From: Patescibacteria group bacterium
GTDB taxonomy: Bacteria; Patescibacteriota; JABMPQ01; JAHIRA01
Assembly (NCBI GenBank): GCA_018818205.1
Contig: JAHISJ010000006.1
Coordinates: 41,817 to 105,816 of the forward strand
Reading direction: 5' to 3'
Length of the DNA stretch: 64,000 bases
The notes beneath the pieces are model-generated. The model was not told where the DNA came from, did not search any database, and worked only from the letters and a program-made list of their open reading frames with translations. The translations under genes and the position numbers were made by a program. Below are positions 17,397 through 26,913 of the stretch, piece by piece (positions within the stretch are counted from its first letter, which is position 1; every line of letters starts with the position of its first letter).

Positions 17397-18599
17397 ATGA
17401 ATACTATACAGAGATCAGACTCTGATGTTTCTGGTCGTGAGTCTTCTAAATCTGAAGAAAATCAAACAGCTTCTAATCCTGAAAAGGTAGATTTTGTGAA
17501 AACACAAGCAGAAGATTTTCATGTTGAAACCATGCCACGTGCAAGCGGTGGTGGTGGAGGAGGCGTCAAAAACAAAAAGAAGCGAGTAGTTGTAGTAGTT
17601 ATTATTCTTGCCGTTTTTATTTTAATACTGAGCGGTGTTTTTGCTTATCTCTATAGAGAACAACTCGGAATTTCTACTCTTTTGGGTACAAAAGTAACTC
17701 CCGTGGTAGAGACAGAAACGAAGGTTACCAAAGAGGTTACTGGTCCTGATGATCAAATGCATATTTATGAAGAACTTACTAAGCGCGTTGCACTTCTTGA
17801 AAAAGGAAAAGATGGTGACACCGTGGTTCTTCTTGAAGGAAAAATTACTAAAATTGAGACTTATCTCAAACAAACTGACACTGATGAGGATGGAATCTCT
17901 GACTATGAAGAAATTGTTGATCATGAAACGGACCCTGATAATAAAGACACTGACGGTGACGGTTTTAATGACGGAGATGAAATAAATAATGGGTACAATC
18001 CCAATGGTGAAGGCGAAATTGGGGACGATACTTCTGATGTACAAGATGAATCGACAGATAATGATCAAGAAATTGTCGATGAACCAGCTGACGATACAGA
18101 TGGTCAAGACGTCCCTGATGATACAGACACTAATGGTTTACATGAGAAAGGCTTTAACTCAGCGGTCCCAGGTGACTACGTAGGTCGTTTTGCCTTGACA
18201 GATGTGGAAGTTTCTGGTAATGATATAAAGCTTACCATAAATGAAATTGGTGAGGTTTCAGGGAGTTTTACCTTTGAATACGATGGTTCCGCGTATCGCA
18301 CCGAGTTTAATGGTGCGCTCGAGGTAGATGACTCAGGTGAACAGTACTATACGAGCTTGGAGGCAAAAACGATATCTGGATCTAATCAAGATGATCTAAA
18401 AGTAGATATGTTTTTGACCTTTAACGCAGACAAGAGTGAGTTAAATGGGGTAATGCAGTTTTTAGACAGTGACTATGCATTCCTCAACGATCAGAAGGGT
18501 GAAGTATTCTTAAATCAAGGGGAAATAGCGTTAAACGGTATTTCCATTACTACTGAGGATGCAGGTGGAAACGAGGCGACAACTGTATTGCTCCAGTAA
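17397..18599 (+). CDS. Membrane-anchored acidic protein with TSP3-like repeats
   Basis: TM near N-terminus; DTDEDGISDYEE and DPDNKDTDGDGFNDGDEINNGYNPNGEG. Confidence 0.85.
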   Translation: MNTIQRSDSDVSGRESSKSEENQTASNPEKVDFVKTQAEDFHVETMPRASGGGGGGVKNKKKRVVVVVIILAVFILILSGVFAYLYREQLGISTLLGTKVTPVVETETKVTKEVTGPDDQMHIYEELTKRVALLEKGKDGDTVVLLEGKITKIETYLKQTDTDEDGISDYEEIVDHETDPDNKDTDGDGFNDGDEINNGYNPNGEGEIGDDTSDVQDESTDNDQEIVDEPADDTDGQDVPDDTDTNGLHEKGFNSAVPGDYVGRFALTDVEVSGNDIKLTINEIGEVSGSFTFEYDGSAYRTEFNGALEVDDSGEQYYTSLEAKTISGSNQDDLKVDMFLTFNADKSELNGVMQFLDSDYAFLNDQKGEVFLNQGEIALNGISITTEDAGGNEATTVLLQ

Positions 18600-18622
18600 A
18601 TTTTTTGTGAAAAATAGCAAAT

Positions 18623-19552
18623 ATGATTGATATTATTCCCGCAGCAGCCTTTGACTCAGGAATGCATGCCAAGGAGATGGATGAGCAAGGCAAAAGCGCG
18701 GATCAAAAATTAGAGGTGACCCTTAAAGAAGAGAAGAATCTTACTTCTCCTCCTTTGGATACTGAAAAAAAAGGAGAAATAAAACCGCCAAAGAAGAAAC
18801 GTCCTTGGGGTGCGTATGTTGGGTTTATTGCGTTGATCCTTGTTTTGATTGCAGGCGTTTTAGTCGGATATATTCAGCGAGATACCATCGCTAAACTTTT
18901 TAGTACAAGCGATGCGGGTTTTACTGACGATGAAAAAAAGTCCTTTGGCTATCTTGATGAAGATAATGACGGGTTAACGACCCTTGAAGAAATGGCGTCA
19001 GGAACGCTCGTGCTTGAGCCTGACACAGATGGCGATGAACTCCCTGATGGATATGAAGTTCAGTTTGGCTTAAACCCTCTTGATCCTGCCGATGCGCTGT
19101 ATGATCAAGACAAAGACGATCTTAAGAATATAGACGAATACTATTACGAGACAAATATCAGTGACCCCGATACTGATAATGATGGGTTTAAGGACGGTAG
19201 TGAAGTAAAAGATGGATACAACCCCAAAGGGACAGGTGCACTTAAAAAGCCACAAAAGGATGGGGTTCCCGTTGAGCGGGTTTCTAGCGAAGGTATGATT
19301 AAGATTCTCACCGGAGAATTTAATCCAGAGTTTATCAGAATCAAAGAAGGGGATAGTCTTACGTTTGTTAATGAAGATACCGTGACTCACTTTGTGACAG
19401 GACCGGAAATTGAAACTGATGCTATCCAACCGGGATCATCCTTTACCATATCCTTTCAAAAAGAAGGTGTGTATGAGTTTTATGATCGTGATGATGCTCG
19501 GTATAAAGGTAAAATTATTGTTGAAAAAATGGTGCAAAACGATGAGGAGTAA
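18623..19552 (+). CDS. Membrane-anchored protein with TSP3-like repeats and C-terminal cupredoxin-like domain
   Basis: TM; DEDNDGL, DTDGDELPDGYE, DTDNDGFKDGSEVKDGYNP; FNP..I.IKEGDSLTFVNED..H..T...G.Y.F..........GKIIVE lacking Cu-ligand Cys. Confidence 0.8.
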   Translation: MIDIIPAAAFDSGMHAKEMDEQGKSADQKLEVTLKEEKNLTSPPLDTEKKGEIKPPKKKRPWGAYVGFIALILVLIAGVLVGYIQRDTIAKLFSTSDAGFTDDEKKSFGYLDEDNDGLTTLEEMASGTLVLEPDTDGDELPDGYEVQFGLNPLDPADALYDQDKDDLKNIDEYYYETNISDPDTDNDGFKDGSEVKDGYNPKGTGALKKPQKDGVPVERVSSEGMIKILTGEFNPEFIRIKEGDSLTFVNEDTVTHFVTGPEIETDAIQPGSSFTISFQKEGVYEFYDRDDARYKGKIIVEKMVQNDEE

Positions 19553-20827
19553 TCACTCTGAAGCGGGAAATTTCTTTAAAATTTCACCAACAAAATAGAG
19601 CGAGCCGGTCACAATGACCGGTTTTTTGTTATGTGTTATTTGAGCCAAACACTCATTCATGGTACACGAGAGTAGCCTAGGAAACTCTTTTTGAATGTCG
19701 TTTGATTTTAATTGATTATGTATGCCAGTGTCTACAAGAAGTATGTCTCGAGTAATGGTGAGTAAGAGGGTTATGTTTTTCTTGTACTCTTTATTTTTTT
19801 TTGAAGAAAAAAAGATAGTAGGTTCTTGTATGTCTAGATCACGTAGTGTCTTAATGAGCGTTTTTATGCCTGCGGGATTGTGCGCACCGTCAATCAAAAC
19901 AAGCGGATCTTTTTTTATTATCTGACATCTGCCGGGCCAAGATGTATGTGCAAGGGCCCTTCTCACACTCTTAGTTTTTGGTTTATTGGAGAAATATTTT
20001 TTGTGTACGAGCGTTTCAAATGCATACAGGGCAAGTGCGGCATTACAGGCTTGATGTGCTCCAAGAAGTGAGAGTTTGAGATTTTTGTATGTGTTTATTT
20101 TTGAAGTGTAGTCAAACCGTGTGTATTTCTGAGTAACGTTACGCATATGTACATAAGTGCTTTTTAGGATATATAATGATGCATTTTTCTTATCACACAT
20201 CTTCTGTATGACGTTTTGTATCTCTGGCTGATTATGCATGAACACGCACGAATTTTTTTTAATAATCCCTGCTTTTTCCCGAGCTATTTTTTCAAGCGTA
20301 TCTCCTAAATAGTCTTGATGGTCTAAGCTTACCTGGGTAATGATTTCAGCAAAAGAGGGGATCACGTTTGTGGCGTCAAGTCTGCCTCCAAGACCGGTCT
20401 CAATAACGCTTACATCTACGTTTTTTTCTTTAAAATACAAAATCGCTGCAGTAGTAAGTGCTTCAAAGAGAGTAAGCTCTACATTGTTCTTTTGTCTTGT
20501 TTTATAAATCTCACTAAGGAGTGCGAGCAGTTTTTTTTCACTGATTTTTTTGCGGTCTATTTGAATTCGCTCAGTGTAGGAAATGAGGTGTGGTGAGGTA
20601 ACAAGTCCCGTTTTAAGCCCATGTTCTATGAGCAAGCTGTGCAACACTGCTGCTGTTGATCCTTTGCCATTAGTACCTGCTATGTGGATTGTTTTAAGGT
20701 CCTTTTCCGGATTTTTGAGGTGTTTTAAAAAGCGAGTGATGTTCTTGAGTGACACATCACAAGCGCTTACGTGCTCCATGCCAAAAGCATCTTCAAAGTC
20801 TGTAAAGGATCGTAATGTAGCTGGCAT
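19553..20827 (-). CDS. folC: Folylpolyglutamate synthase / dihydrofolate synthase
   Basis: IHIAGTNGKGS, TSPHL, ETGLGGRLDATN, WPGR, DGAHNP, TGSLY. Confidence 0.95.
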   Translation of the reverse strand: MPATLRSFTDFEDAFGMEHVSACDVSLKNITRFLKHLKNPEKDLKTIHIAGTNGKGSTAAVLHSLLIEHGLKTGLVTSPHLISYTERIQIDRKKISEKKLLALLSEIYKTRQKNNVELTLFEALTTAAILYFKEKNVDVSVIETGLGGRLDATNVIPSFAEIITQVSLDHQDYLGDTLEKIAREKAGIIKKNSCVFMHNQPEIQNVIQKMCDKKNASLYILKSTYVHMRNVTQKYTRFDYTSKINTYKNLKLSLLGAHQACNAALALYAFETLVHKKYFSNKPKTKSVRRALAHTSWPGRCQIIKKDPLVLIDGAHNPAGIKTLIKTLRDLDIQEPTIFFSSKKNKEYKKNITLLLTITRDILLVDTGIHNQLKSNDIQKEFPRLLSCTMNECLAQITHNKKPVIVTGSLYFVGEILKKFPASE

Positions 20828-20830
20828 GCG

Positions 20831-22600
20831 TTAAAAGATAGTTCTCTTGGTAATATCGTCTTTAACAAGGGTGGCAAAATCATCAACTGAGTACTCTTTG
20901 ATCTCTTTTTCATCTCTTTTTCGTACGGCAATGTTGCCCGATTTTGCTTCTTTCTCACCTAACACAACAATGTAAGGCACTTTATCTTTAATCGCGTCAG
21001 CTATTTTTTTACCTACAGATTCTTCGCGCAGATCTTCTTCTATGCGAAGTCCGCGATCTTTGAGCGTTTGTACTAGAGTGTGTGTTTCTTTGAGCACTTT
21101 TTCTGATACAGAAAGTACTTTTACGTGATAGGGTGCAAGCCAGACAGGGAACTTCCCAGCGTATTCCTCTATGAGGATTGCCATGAGTCTCTCTGCCGAA
21201 CCAATAATGCCACGGTGAATCATTACTGGCCTTCTCTCTGTGCCATCCTTGTCTATATAGGTGAGATCAAATCGCTCTGGCATGTTTTTGTCTATCTGTA
21301 CGGTACAGATTTGCCATTCTCTCATGAGGCAGTCCTTGACGATAATATCCACTTTAGGACCGTAAAATGCCGCTTCGCCAATTTCTTCTTTAAAAGTGAT
21401 GTTAGTTTCTGTAAGGAGGTCTCTTAATAATGACTCAGATTCGTCCCATATTGTATCATCACCGATGTACTTTTCTTTTTTCTCTGGATCTCTAAGTGAT
21501 AGTCGTATTGAGTAGTCGGTAAGGCCATATGTTTTAAGCGCTTCTGTAATAACATCCATAACTTTGATAAACTCATCTTTGACCTGATCTTCAGAGCAAA
21601 AGCAGTGCCCATCATCGACTGCAAAATACTTAAGCCTGGTAAGCCCTGCAAGTTCTCCTGGTTTTTCATCGCGATAAACATTTGCGAAGTCTGAAAACCT
21701 AAGAGGCAGGTCCTTGTAACTTCTCTTTTTTGCAGCAAAAATTTGCGTATGCTGAGGACAATTCATTGGCTTAAGGTAGTACTTTTCTTCTGTGTAATGA
21801 GAATGTACCTCGAGCATGTCATCTTTATACTTCTCGTAATGCCCTGAGACTTTAAATAATTCTGCTTTATTTATATTGGGTGTGTGAACCTCCTCATAGC
21901 CAATCTTCGTGTTGAGTTCCCGAGAGTAGTTTATAATTTCGTTTCTAACAATGAATCCTTTTGGTGTATAGAGGGGGAGACCCGGACCAATAAGATCAGA
22001 AAAGGTGAATAGATCAAGCTCTTTACCAAGCTTTCTATGATCTCTCTTTGCAGCTTCCTTTTTTAGAGCTACAAAGGTGCGTAGTTCTTTTGGGGTATCA
22101 AATGCGAGTCCATAAATTCTTTGGAGCATGGGGTTTTTCTCATCTCCACGCCAATACGCGCCAGAAGTTTTCTCTAGTGAAAATGATTTTTGGTTTAGCT
22201 CACCAGAAGATTCTACATGAGGGCCTGAACATAAATCAACAAATGAACCGGTACGGTAAATAATGACTTCATCTTCACCTTCTTTTTTAAGTTCATTGAT
22301 GAGTTCGATTTTATAGGGCTGATTTGCTTTTTCAAACGCACTAAGTGCATCAGGTATTGATATCACTTCCTTTTCAAAGGGGAGGTTTTGACTGATAAGT
22401 GATTTCATTTTCTCTTCAAGGAGTGGGAGATCCTCTGGGATAAGTGTTCTAGGCAGCTCAAAATCATAGTAAAACCCAGTATCTATTGCTGGGCCAATGC
22501 CAAGCTTTGCTTCAGGAAACATCTCTAAAACGGCGGCTGCGAGGATATGGGAGAGCGAATGTCGCTTAATCTCTAGTGTAGGTTGATTATTTTTGCTCAT
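20831..22600 (-). CDS. thrS: Threonine--tRNA ligase
   Basis: RHSLSHILA, DLCSGPH, RDHRKLG, LKPMNCPQH, AAFYGPKVD, PVMIHR. Confidence 0.98.
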   Translation of the reverse strand: MSKNNQPTLEIKRHSLSHILAAAVLEMFPEAKLGIGPAIDTGFYYDFELPRTLIPEDLPLLEEKMKSLISQNLPFEKEVISIPDALSAFEKANQPYKIELINELKKEGEDEVIIYRTGSFVDLCSGPHVESSGELNQKSFSLEKTSGAYWRGDEKNPMLQRIYGLAFDTPKELRTFVALKKEAAKRDHRKLGKELDLFTFSDLIGPGLPLYTPKGFIVRNEIINYSRELNTKIGYEEVHTPNINKAELFKVSGHYEKYKDDMLEVHSHYTEEKYYLKPMNCPQHTQIFAAKKRSYKDLPLRFSDFANVYRDEKPGELAGLTRLKYFAVDDGHCFCSEDQVKDEFIKVMDVITEALKTYGLTDYSIRLSLRDPEKKEKYIGDDTIWDESESLLRDLLTETNITFKEEIGEAAFYGPKVDIIVKDCLMREWQICTVQIDKNMPERFDLTYIDKDGTERRPVMIHRGIIGSAERLMAILIEEYAGKFPVWLAPYHVKVLSVSEKVLKETHTLVQTLKDRGLRIEEDLREESVGKKIADAIKDKVPYIVVLGEKEAKSGNIAVRKRDEKEIKEYSVDDFATLVKDDITKRTIF

Positions 22601-22633
22601 ATGCGTGTTTTGTGATGATTATTTTTCGCTATT

Positions 22634-22793
22634 TCTTCAAAATCTCTCCTCCCTCTTTTTTTAGTTTTAAGGCCTCGGTTTCTTTTTAGCTTTGACGGTG
22701 TAATAGCAGAATATGAACATGGAGTGGACTTTTTAGTGTATGGAGGGAGGCACAGAGAAAAACTAAAAAAAGAGGGAGGAGAGATTTTGAAGA
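22634..22793. repeat. Perfect 35-bp inverted repeat with 90-bp spacer (MITE-like)
   Basis: TCTTCAAAATCTCTCCTCCCTCTTTTTTTAGTTTT (22634-22668) and exact reverse complement (22759-22793). Confidence 0.8.
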
Positions 22794-22863
22794 GGAAATG
22801 ATATTTTTTGTCCTAAATAAACAAAAAAACAGCTAGTAGTTACTTCTACTGTTTACTGTACCG

Positions 22864-24009
22864 CTATTTGACGAGAATTTCAATATTGCTGTCGCTTGAG
22901 GGCACTTTGGTTACCCAAAAAGGAGAGTAGGCGATGTCTACTGAGTCTACTTCCGGGAACTGTTTGTAGTAGGCAACCAAGTCGCCGTAATTTCTGCCTT
23001 GCAGCGGTGCTTTCTCGAATGCTTTTGACGGGATTTTGTTTATTGTTGCGGCTGATGCAGAGATGGTGACAATGGCACTTCTTTTTTCTTCGTCAATAGA
23101 GGCAAGTGAGTAGGATAAATCATCAGTGTTGAAGGATATTATTTCTTTTGCTTCGCTTATTTGTTTTTGGATTTTTTCTTCAGCGATTGTCTTCATTTGG
23201 GCTGTGTTGAAGGATACAAGAGTCAATTTTATTTTTTCTGTTACCTCAAACGCAGGGGTAATATCATCCTCTTTTACTTTTGGTGTAGCGTTAATAATTT
23301 CATAGTGTGTAGTTTTGGGGACGATAATTTCACTTGGAGGGAGCGTTTCTTTGATTTTGGCAATCTCTTCTTGGATGATTTGCGTTGCCACGTCTTCTTT
23401 AGCCTTCTCGATCGTCTCTGCAGTAACCACAAAGTCTTCAACACGTCCTCCGGTCATGGGAGTGTTGCTTTCTGCATAGATTAACTCTTGCCAGTTTGCC
23501 CAGAGCTTAACGATGACAAAATGTGTTGGCGCCACGTTGCCTTGTGCGCCTTTTTCTGCTGCGGTAACGGGAATATCAATTTTTCCTTTTGCGGGTACTT
23601 GTGCCCATGTATCAATTTTGAAAAGAACGCCACTATCACTTAGTAGTTGTGTTTTTTGCTTGAGTGGCTGAGGTTCGCTTCTGTTGTTGTAGATAGTGAC
23701 CGTTCCTTTTGCATACGAATCGACCTCCTTTTTTTCTACCGCATCAAACGTTTTGGTAGCGTCGATTGTTTTTTCAATAATTTGTCCTTTTACCGCATTG
23801 AACGCGGTGAGGTTTCCATCGGCGTCAGGGGAGATGGTGACATTGAGTGACGCATTGGTTGTATCTTCTTTTGGGTGAAGTGTTATTTCTGCTTTTGATA
23901 TGGTTGTATGTATTACAAAAGCGATAAGTACCAGCGATGCAATGATAAATAGGATAAGGTAGGGCTTATAGGAGGGGCCTTGTTTTATTTTTCCAAGATC
24001 AACACTCAT
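22864..24009 (-). CDS. Membrane-anchored baseplate J/gp47-like domain protein
   Basis: N-terminal TM; AKGTVTIYN...L...T.L....GV.F......VP...I.V.A...G..GN..., MTGG; pattern recognised as common CPR family. Confidence 0.6.
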   Translation of the reverse strand: MSVDLGKIKQGPSYKPYLILFIIASLVLIAFVIHTTISKAEITLHPKEDTTNASLNVTISPDADGNLTAFNAVKGQIIEKTIDATKTFDAVEKKEVDSYAKGTVTIYNNRSEPQPLKQKTQLLSDSGVLFKIDTWAQVPAKGKIDIPVTAAEKGAQGNVAPTHFVIVKLWANWQELIYAESNTPMTGGRVEDFVVTAETIEKAKEDVATQIIQEEIAKIKETLPPSEIIVPKTTHYEIINATPKVKEDDITPAFEVTEKIKLTLVSFNTAQMKTIAEEKIQKQISEAKEIISFNTDDLSYSLASIDEEKRSAIVTISASAATINKIPSKAFEKAPLQGRNYGDLVAYYKQFPEVDSVDIAYSPFWVTKVPSSDSNIEILVK

Positions 24010-24491
24010 CTAAGATAGCGTGAAAGTTTAGATACAATTTGGGAGAGGGGATCACGGTTAACGTATACGCGTCTTCTCCTTTGAATGTGGTAACCGTTTT
24101 TTTGAAGGTAGCTTTGCCAGTTGTCTTTGATCCACTTTTTTGATTTTGTGTGGAGTTCTAGTAGACCACGAGCCTCAAACTCTCTGCGCATTATACCATG
24201 CTTGTGTGGGTACTCATAGGATTTTTTAAGTGGGGAGCTAAAGCCGTGTGCATAGTGAATAAATTCATGGACAATAGTTTCTTCAACAACATAGGAGGGG
24301 ACTTTGGGATCTTTAAACAACCCCGATATGGTAATGAGGGTTGATTTGTCTGGAAGCATTTTGATTGATCCGAGCTGTCTTTTAGCTTTTTTGCCAAAGC
24401 GAATAGTAATAGCGTTTTTAATGGGGACATCACAAAAGTGATTTTCTGTATAGTGGGCGAGTGCGTTTTCTAAGTCAGCGTTGGCTCTCAT
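24006..24491 (-). CDS. SprT-like zinc metalloprotease
   Basis: R.LGSI, HEFIH, PHKHG; ATGA-coupled to downstream gene. Confidence 0.7.
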   Translation of the reverse strand: MRANADLENALAHYTENHFCDVPIKNAITIRFGKKAKRQLGSIKMLPDKSTLITISGLFKDPKVPSYVVEETIVHEFIHYAHGFSSPLKKSYEYPHKHGIMRREFEARGLLELHTKSKKWIKDNWQSYLQKNGYHIQRRRRVYVNRDPLSQIVSKLSRYLR

Positions 24492-24538
24492 ATTGTTTCT
24501 CAAAAAAAAGATGGCCGCAGAAAAAAAATTTCCTTGGC

Positions 24539-24814
24539 CTAAGCAGCAGCAGCCTGGTCGGCGGCTGGCTTTTGTATAATATGCGCTTGAGGAGCGGGAA
24601 CAAAATCAAACTTTGTGTTCAATGTGACGTTTTGGTTACTCGTAATGTACCAACTGGCGCCTTGCCCAGTTGGAAAGGCCCAAACTGGTCCGGCAGGATG
24701 TTCGCCAAATTTTTGGGTTAATTCCATCAATTGTAATCGCTTTTTAAGCCGCATAAGCTTTGCGGCAGCATGGTTTTGCATGGGTCCCTCCGTATTTGAG
24801 ATGCTTGTAGACAT
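24539..24814 (-). CDS. Small hypothetical protein
   Basis: GAAGGA SD and TTGACA-17-TAGTGT upstream on minus strand; ends in AAAA. Confidence 0.55.
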   Translation of the reverse strand: MSTSISNTEGPMQNHAAAKLMRLKKRLQLMELTQKFGEHPAGPVWAFPTGQGASWYITSNQNVTLNTKFDFVPAPQAHIIQKPAADQAAAA

Positions 24815-24876
24815 AGTTCCTTCTATTAAAACACTAATATATATAGTTTAAACTGTCAATTGTTAATAACTCTTTA

Positions 24877-26904
24877 TTATCTTTGATCTTCACTATAAAC
24901 GACTTTTTTCATTTCTTCTTCTACATCTTTTCCTCCGATTACTACTTGATCGCGTCCGGAAACCTTAGCTTTTTTAAGTGCAACGTTTGCTCTTTCAAAC
25001 ATTTTTTTGGTGGTTGGTTCATTTTTTTCATCTCTGTACCCCTTGATATCTGCAAGACCCATTGAAGCAGTTACTTTTTTTGTGGTTTCTTCATCTACAG
25101 AAAACTTTGTAGCACGCAATACCTCCATAAATCTCTCTTCAATACGTTCCTTGGCACGTTTTGCATCCATACCTGGCAGGAGAATAACAAATTCCTCACC
25201 ACCTTGTCTTCCGGGAGTACCGTTTACGTGGTGTCGTCTTCCGGAGCCTACCACATCTAAATCTCCGCGTTTTCTTCTTTGATCTTCGCCGTTAAATTCT
25301 CCTTCATCTGTCCTAAAAATTTCCTTAAGAATTCTTCCAAGTTGTCTTAATACTTTATCACCGACTTTATGACCATATGCGTCGTTTAAATCTTTAAAAT
25401 GGTCTAGGTCAAGAATAGCTATTGTTAGATTTTCTCCGCTTTTAGCTGTCTTGTAGAAGAGCTTGTGGAATTCTTTTCCGATAATCTCACGGTTTTTAAG
25501 TCCGGTAAGTGAATCGGTGTTTGCCTTTTCACCAAATATGTACGCTTCTACCTCGGCAAATTGAGCATATTGCCACCATATTTTTTCTGTTCCAGAAATA
25601 GCCATTTCATCATTTTGCAGTCTTTCTGAAATTTCTTTTTCCAATTTAGACACTTCCGGAAACTCTCCGTAATCAAGGGGGTCTTGAACCAGTTCAGCAA
25701 AATCTAGCAAGTCAGCCCCACTTAATGCGAGCTCTGGATTGGGTTCAATGTCTTTCTTTTTTTCGATTTGTTCCTTGATTTCAGTTGATGTAACAAAGGT
25801 TCGTGGTTCTTGAAATGTTTCAAACTCTCCAGATTCTCTTGCGGTTTTTAGGACGAGGTCTTCTTTTTTTCTTTTTGTAAGCTCCACTTTACGTCTTCTT
25901 TGTACATCATCCGAGTATATTCTTGAGCCATCACCAAATTCACGTTTACCATCTTCTGCTTCAAATCCATGTTTTTTAACGTCAACGGCGGCTTGTTCTG
26001 CTTCATCTAAAAGGTGTTCAGCATTGTCTTTGGGCGTCAAGTTTTCTTGGACACGTAGTACGGTAATGCCTGCGCTTGCAGTGACCCCAACACTGTCAAC
26101 TGTCTCTTCACCTTCGCTATTTAGTATTTTTTCGGTTGCAAAGATGTGTTTTGGAAGCTCTTTAACATTTTCAGTTTGTCTTTTTAGCGTGGTATCTATG
26201 GTTCTAATAGCTTCGAGTACTTGTTCCGCTCTATTTTGAAGCATACGTTCCAAATTTTCTTCAGCTTGTTTTTTTTCGTCTGGAGAAAAATCGTTTTCAG
26301 TAAAAATAAAGACGAGTTCCTCGCCTCTATCGTGCTTTCTTGCTGCCATACCGGTTCCCTCAAATGCTCTACAGATTTGTCCAACGTGTCTCAGCACATC
26401 ATCACCACCGCTATAACCATATACCTCGTTAAAGAGCTTGAACTTATCAATATCAATATGAATTGCACCCATCTTTGAGCCTTTTCTAATTTCAGAAATC
26501 ATGTATTCTCTAAGTGCGCCGTCTCGTTTAAGCTGGGTAAGGCCATCTACCGTAAGAGCAAACTGTTCAGCACGACCCTCCGCGCGGTTAACCGCAGCGA
26601 CTGCTTTTGCAATAGTTATTCTTTTTTCTATGGATTCTGAATCTTCCCCTGGAATAGTTTTTAAAAAAGCGCTACGGATTTCTCTGGCACTGCTTCCTTG
26701 TTCTTGTAGCGCGTTAAATTGTTCTAGGTGGTCAGTATTTTGTTCTTTGTCGAGCGTACGAATTGCGTCCTCTCTGTCCTCAATTTCTGCAAGTCGTTCA
26801 AGTTGTGTAACAACATGGACTTTGTGTAGCTCAGTAGGAGTTTCTACTTTCTCCATCTCAGAAATCGATTGAAACATTCTTTCTTTTTTTGAATTTTCAG
26901 CCAT
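24877..26904 (-). CDS. Tandem GGDEF-domain diguanylate cyclase
   Basis: Domain 1 DGLTQL..IDIDKFK.FN..YG...GD..RGEEL; domain 2 DSLTGL.NR..DLDHFK.LND.YGH..GD..GGEEF. Confidence 0.9.
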   Translation of the reverse strand: MAENSKKERMFQSISEMEKVETPTELHKVHVVTQLERLAEIEDREDAIRTLDKEQNTDHLEQFNALQEQGSSAREIRSAFLKTIPGEDSESIEKRITIAKAVAAVNRAEGRAEQFALTVDGLTQLKRDGALREYMISEIRKGSKMGAIHIDIDKFKLFNEVYGYSGGDDVLRHVGQICRAFEGTGMAARKHDRGEELVFIFTENDFSPDEKKQAEENLERMLQNRAEQVLEAIRTIDTTLKRQTENVKELPKHIFATEKILNSEGEETVDSVGVTASAGITVLRVQENLTPKDNAEHLLDEAEQAAVDVKKHGFEAEDGKREFGDGSRIYSDDVQRRRKVELTKRKKEDLVLKTARESGEFETFQEPRTFVTSTEIKEQIEKKKDIEPNPELALSGADLLDFAELVQDPLDYGEFPEVSKLEKEISERLQNDEMAISGTEKIWWQYAQFAEVEAYIFGEKANTDSLTGLKNREIIGKEFHKLFYKTAKSGENLTIAILDLDHFKDLNDAYGHKVGDKVLRQLGRILKEIFRTDEGEFNGEDQRRKRGDLDVVGSGRRHHVNGTPGRQGGEEFVILLPGMDAKRAKERIEERFMEVLRATKFSVDEETTKKVTASMGLADIKGYRDEKNEPTTKKMFERANVALKKAKVSGRDQVVIGGKDVEEEMKKVVYSEDQR

Positions 26905-26913
26905 AATTTTTTC

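Noticed and set aside
22601-22863. T-box riboswitch upstream of thrS
   Set aside because: No T-box consensus (GGTGGNACC) seen on the minus strand; the region is dominated by a perfect inverted repeat
22864-24009. Prophage or contractile injection system
   Set aside because: Lone baseplate-like gene with a TM anchor; no integrase, capsid, sheath or tube genes
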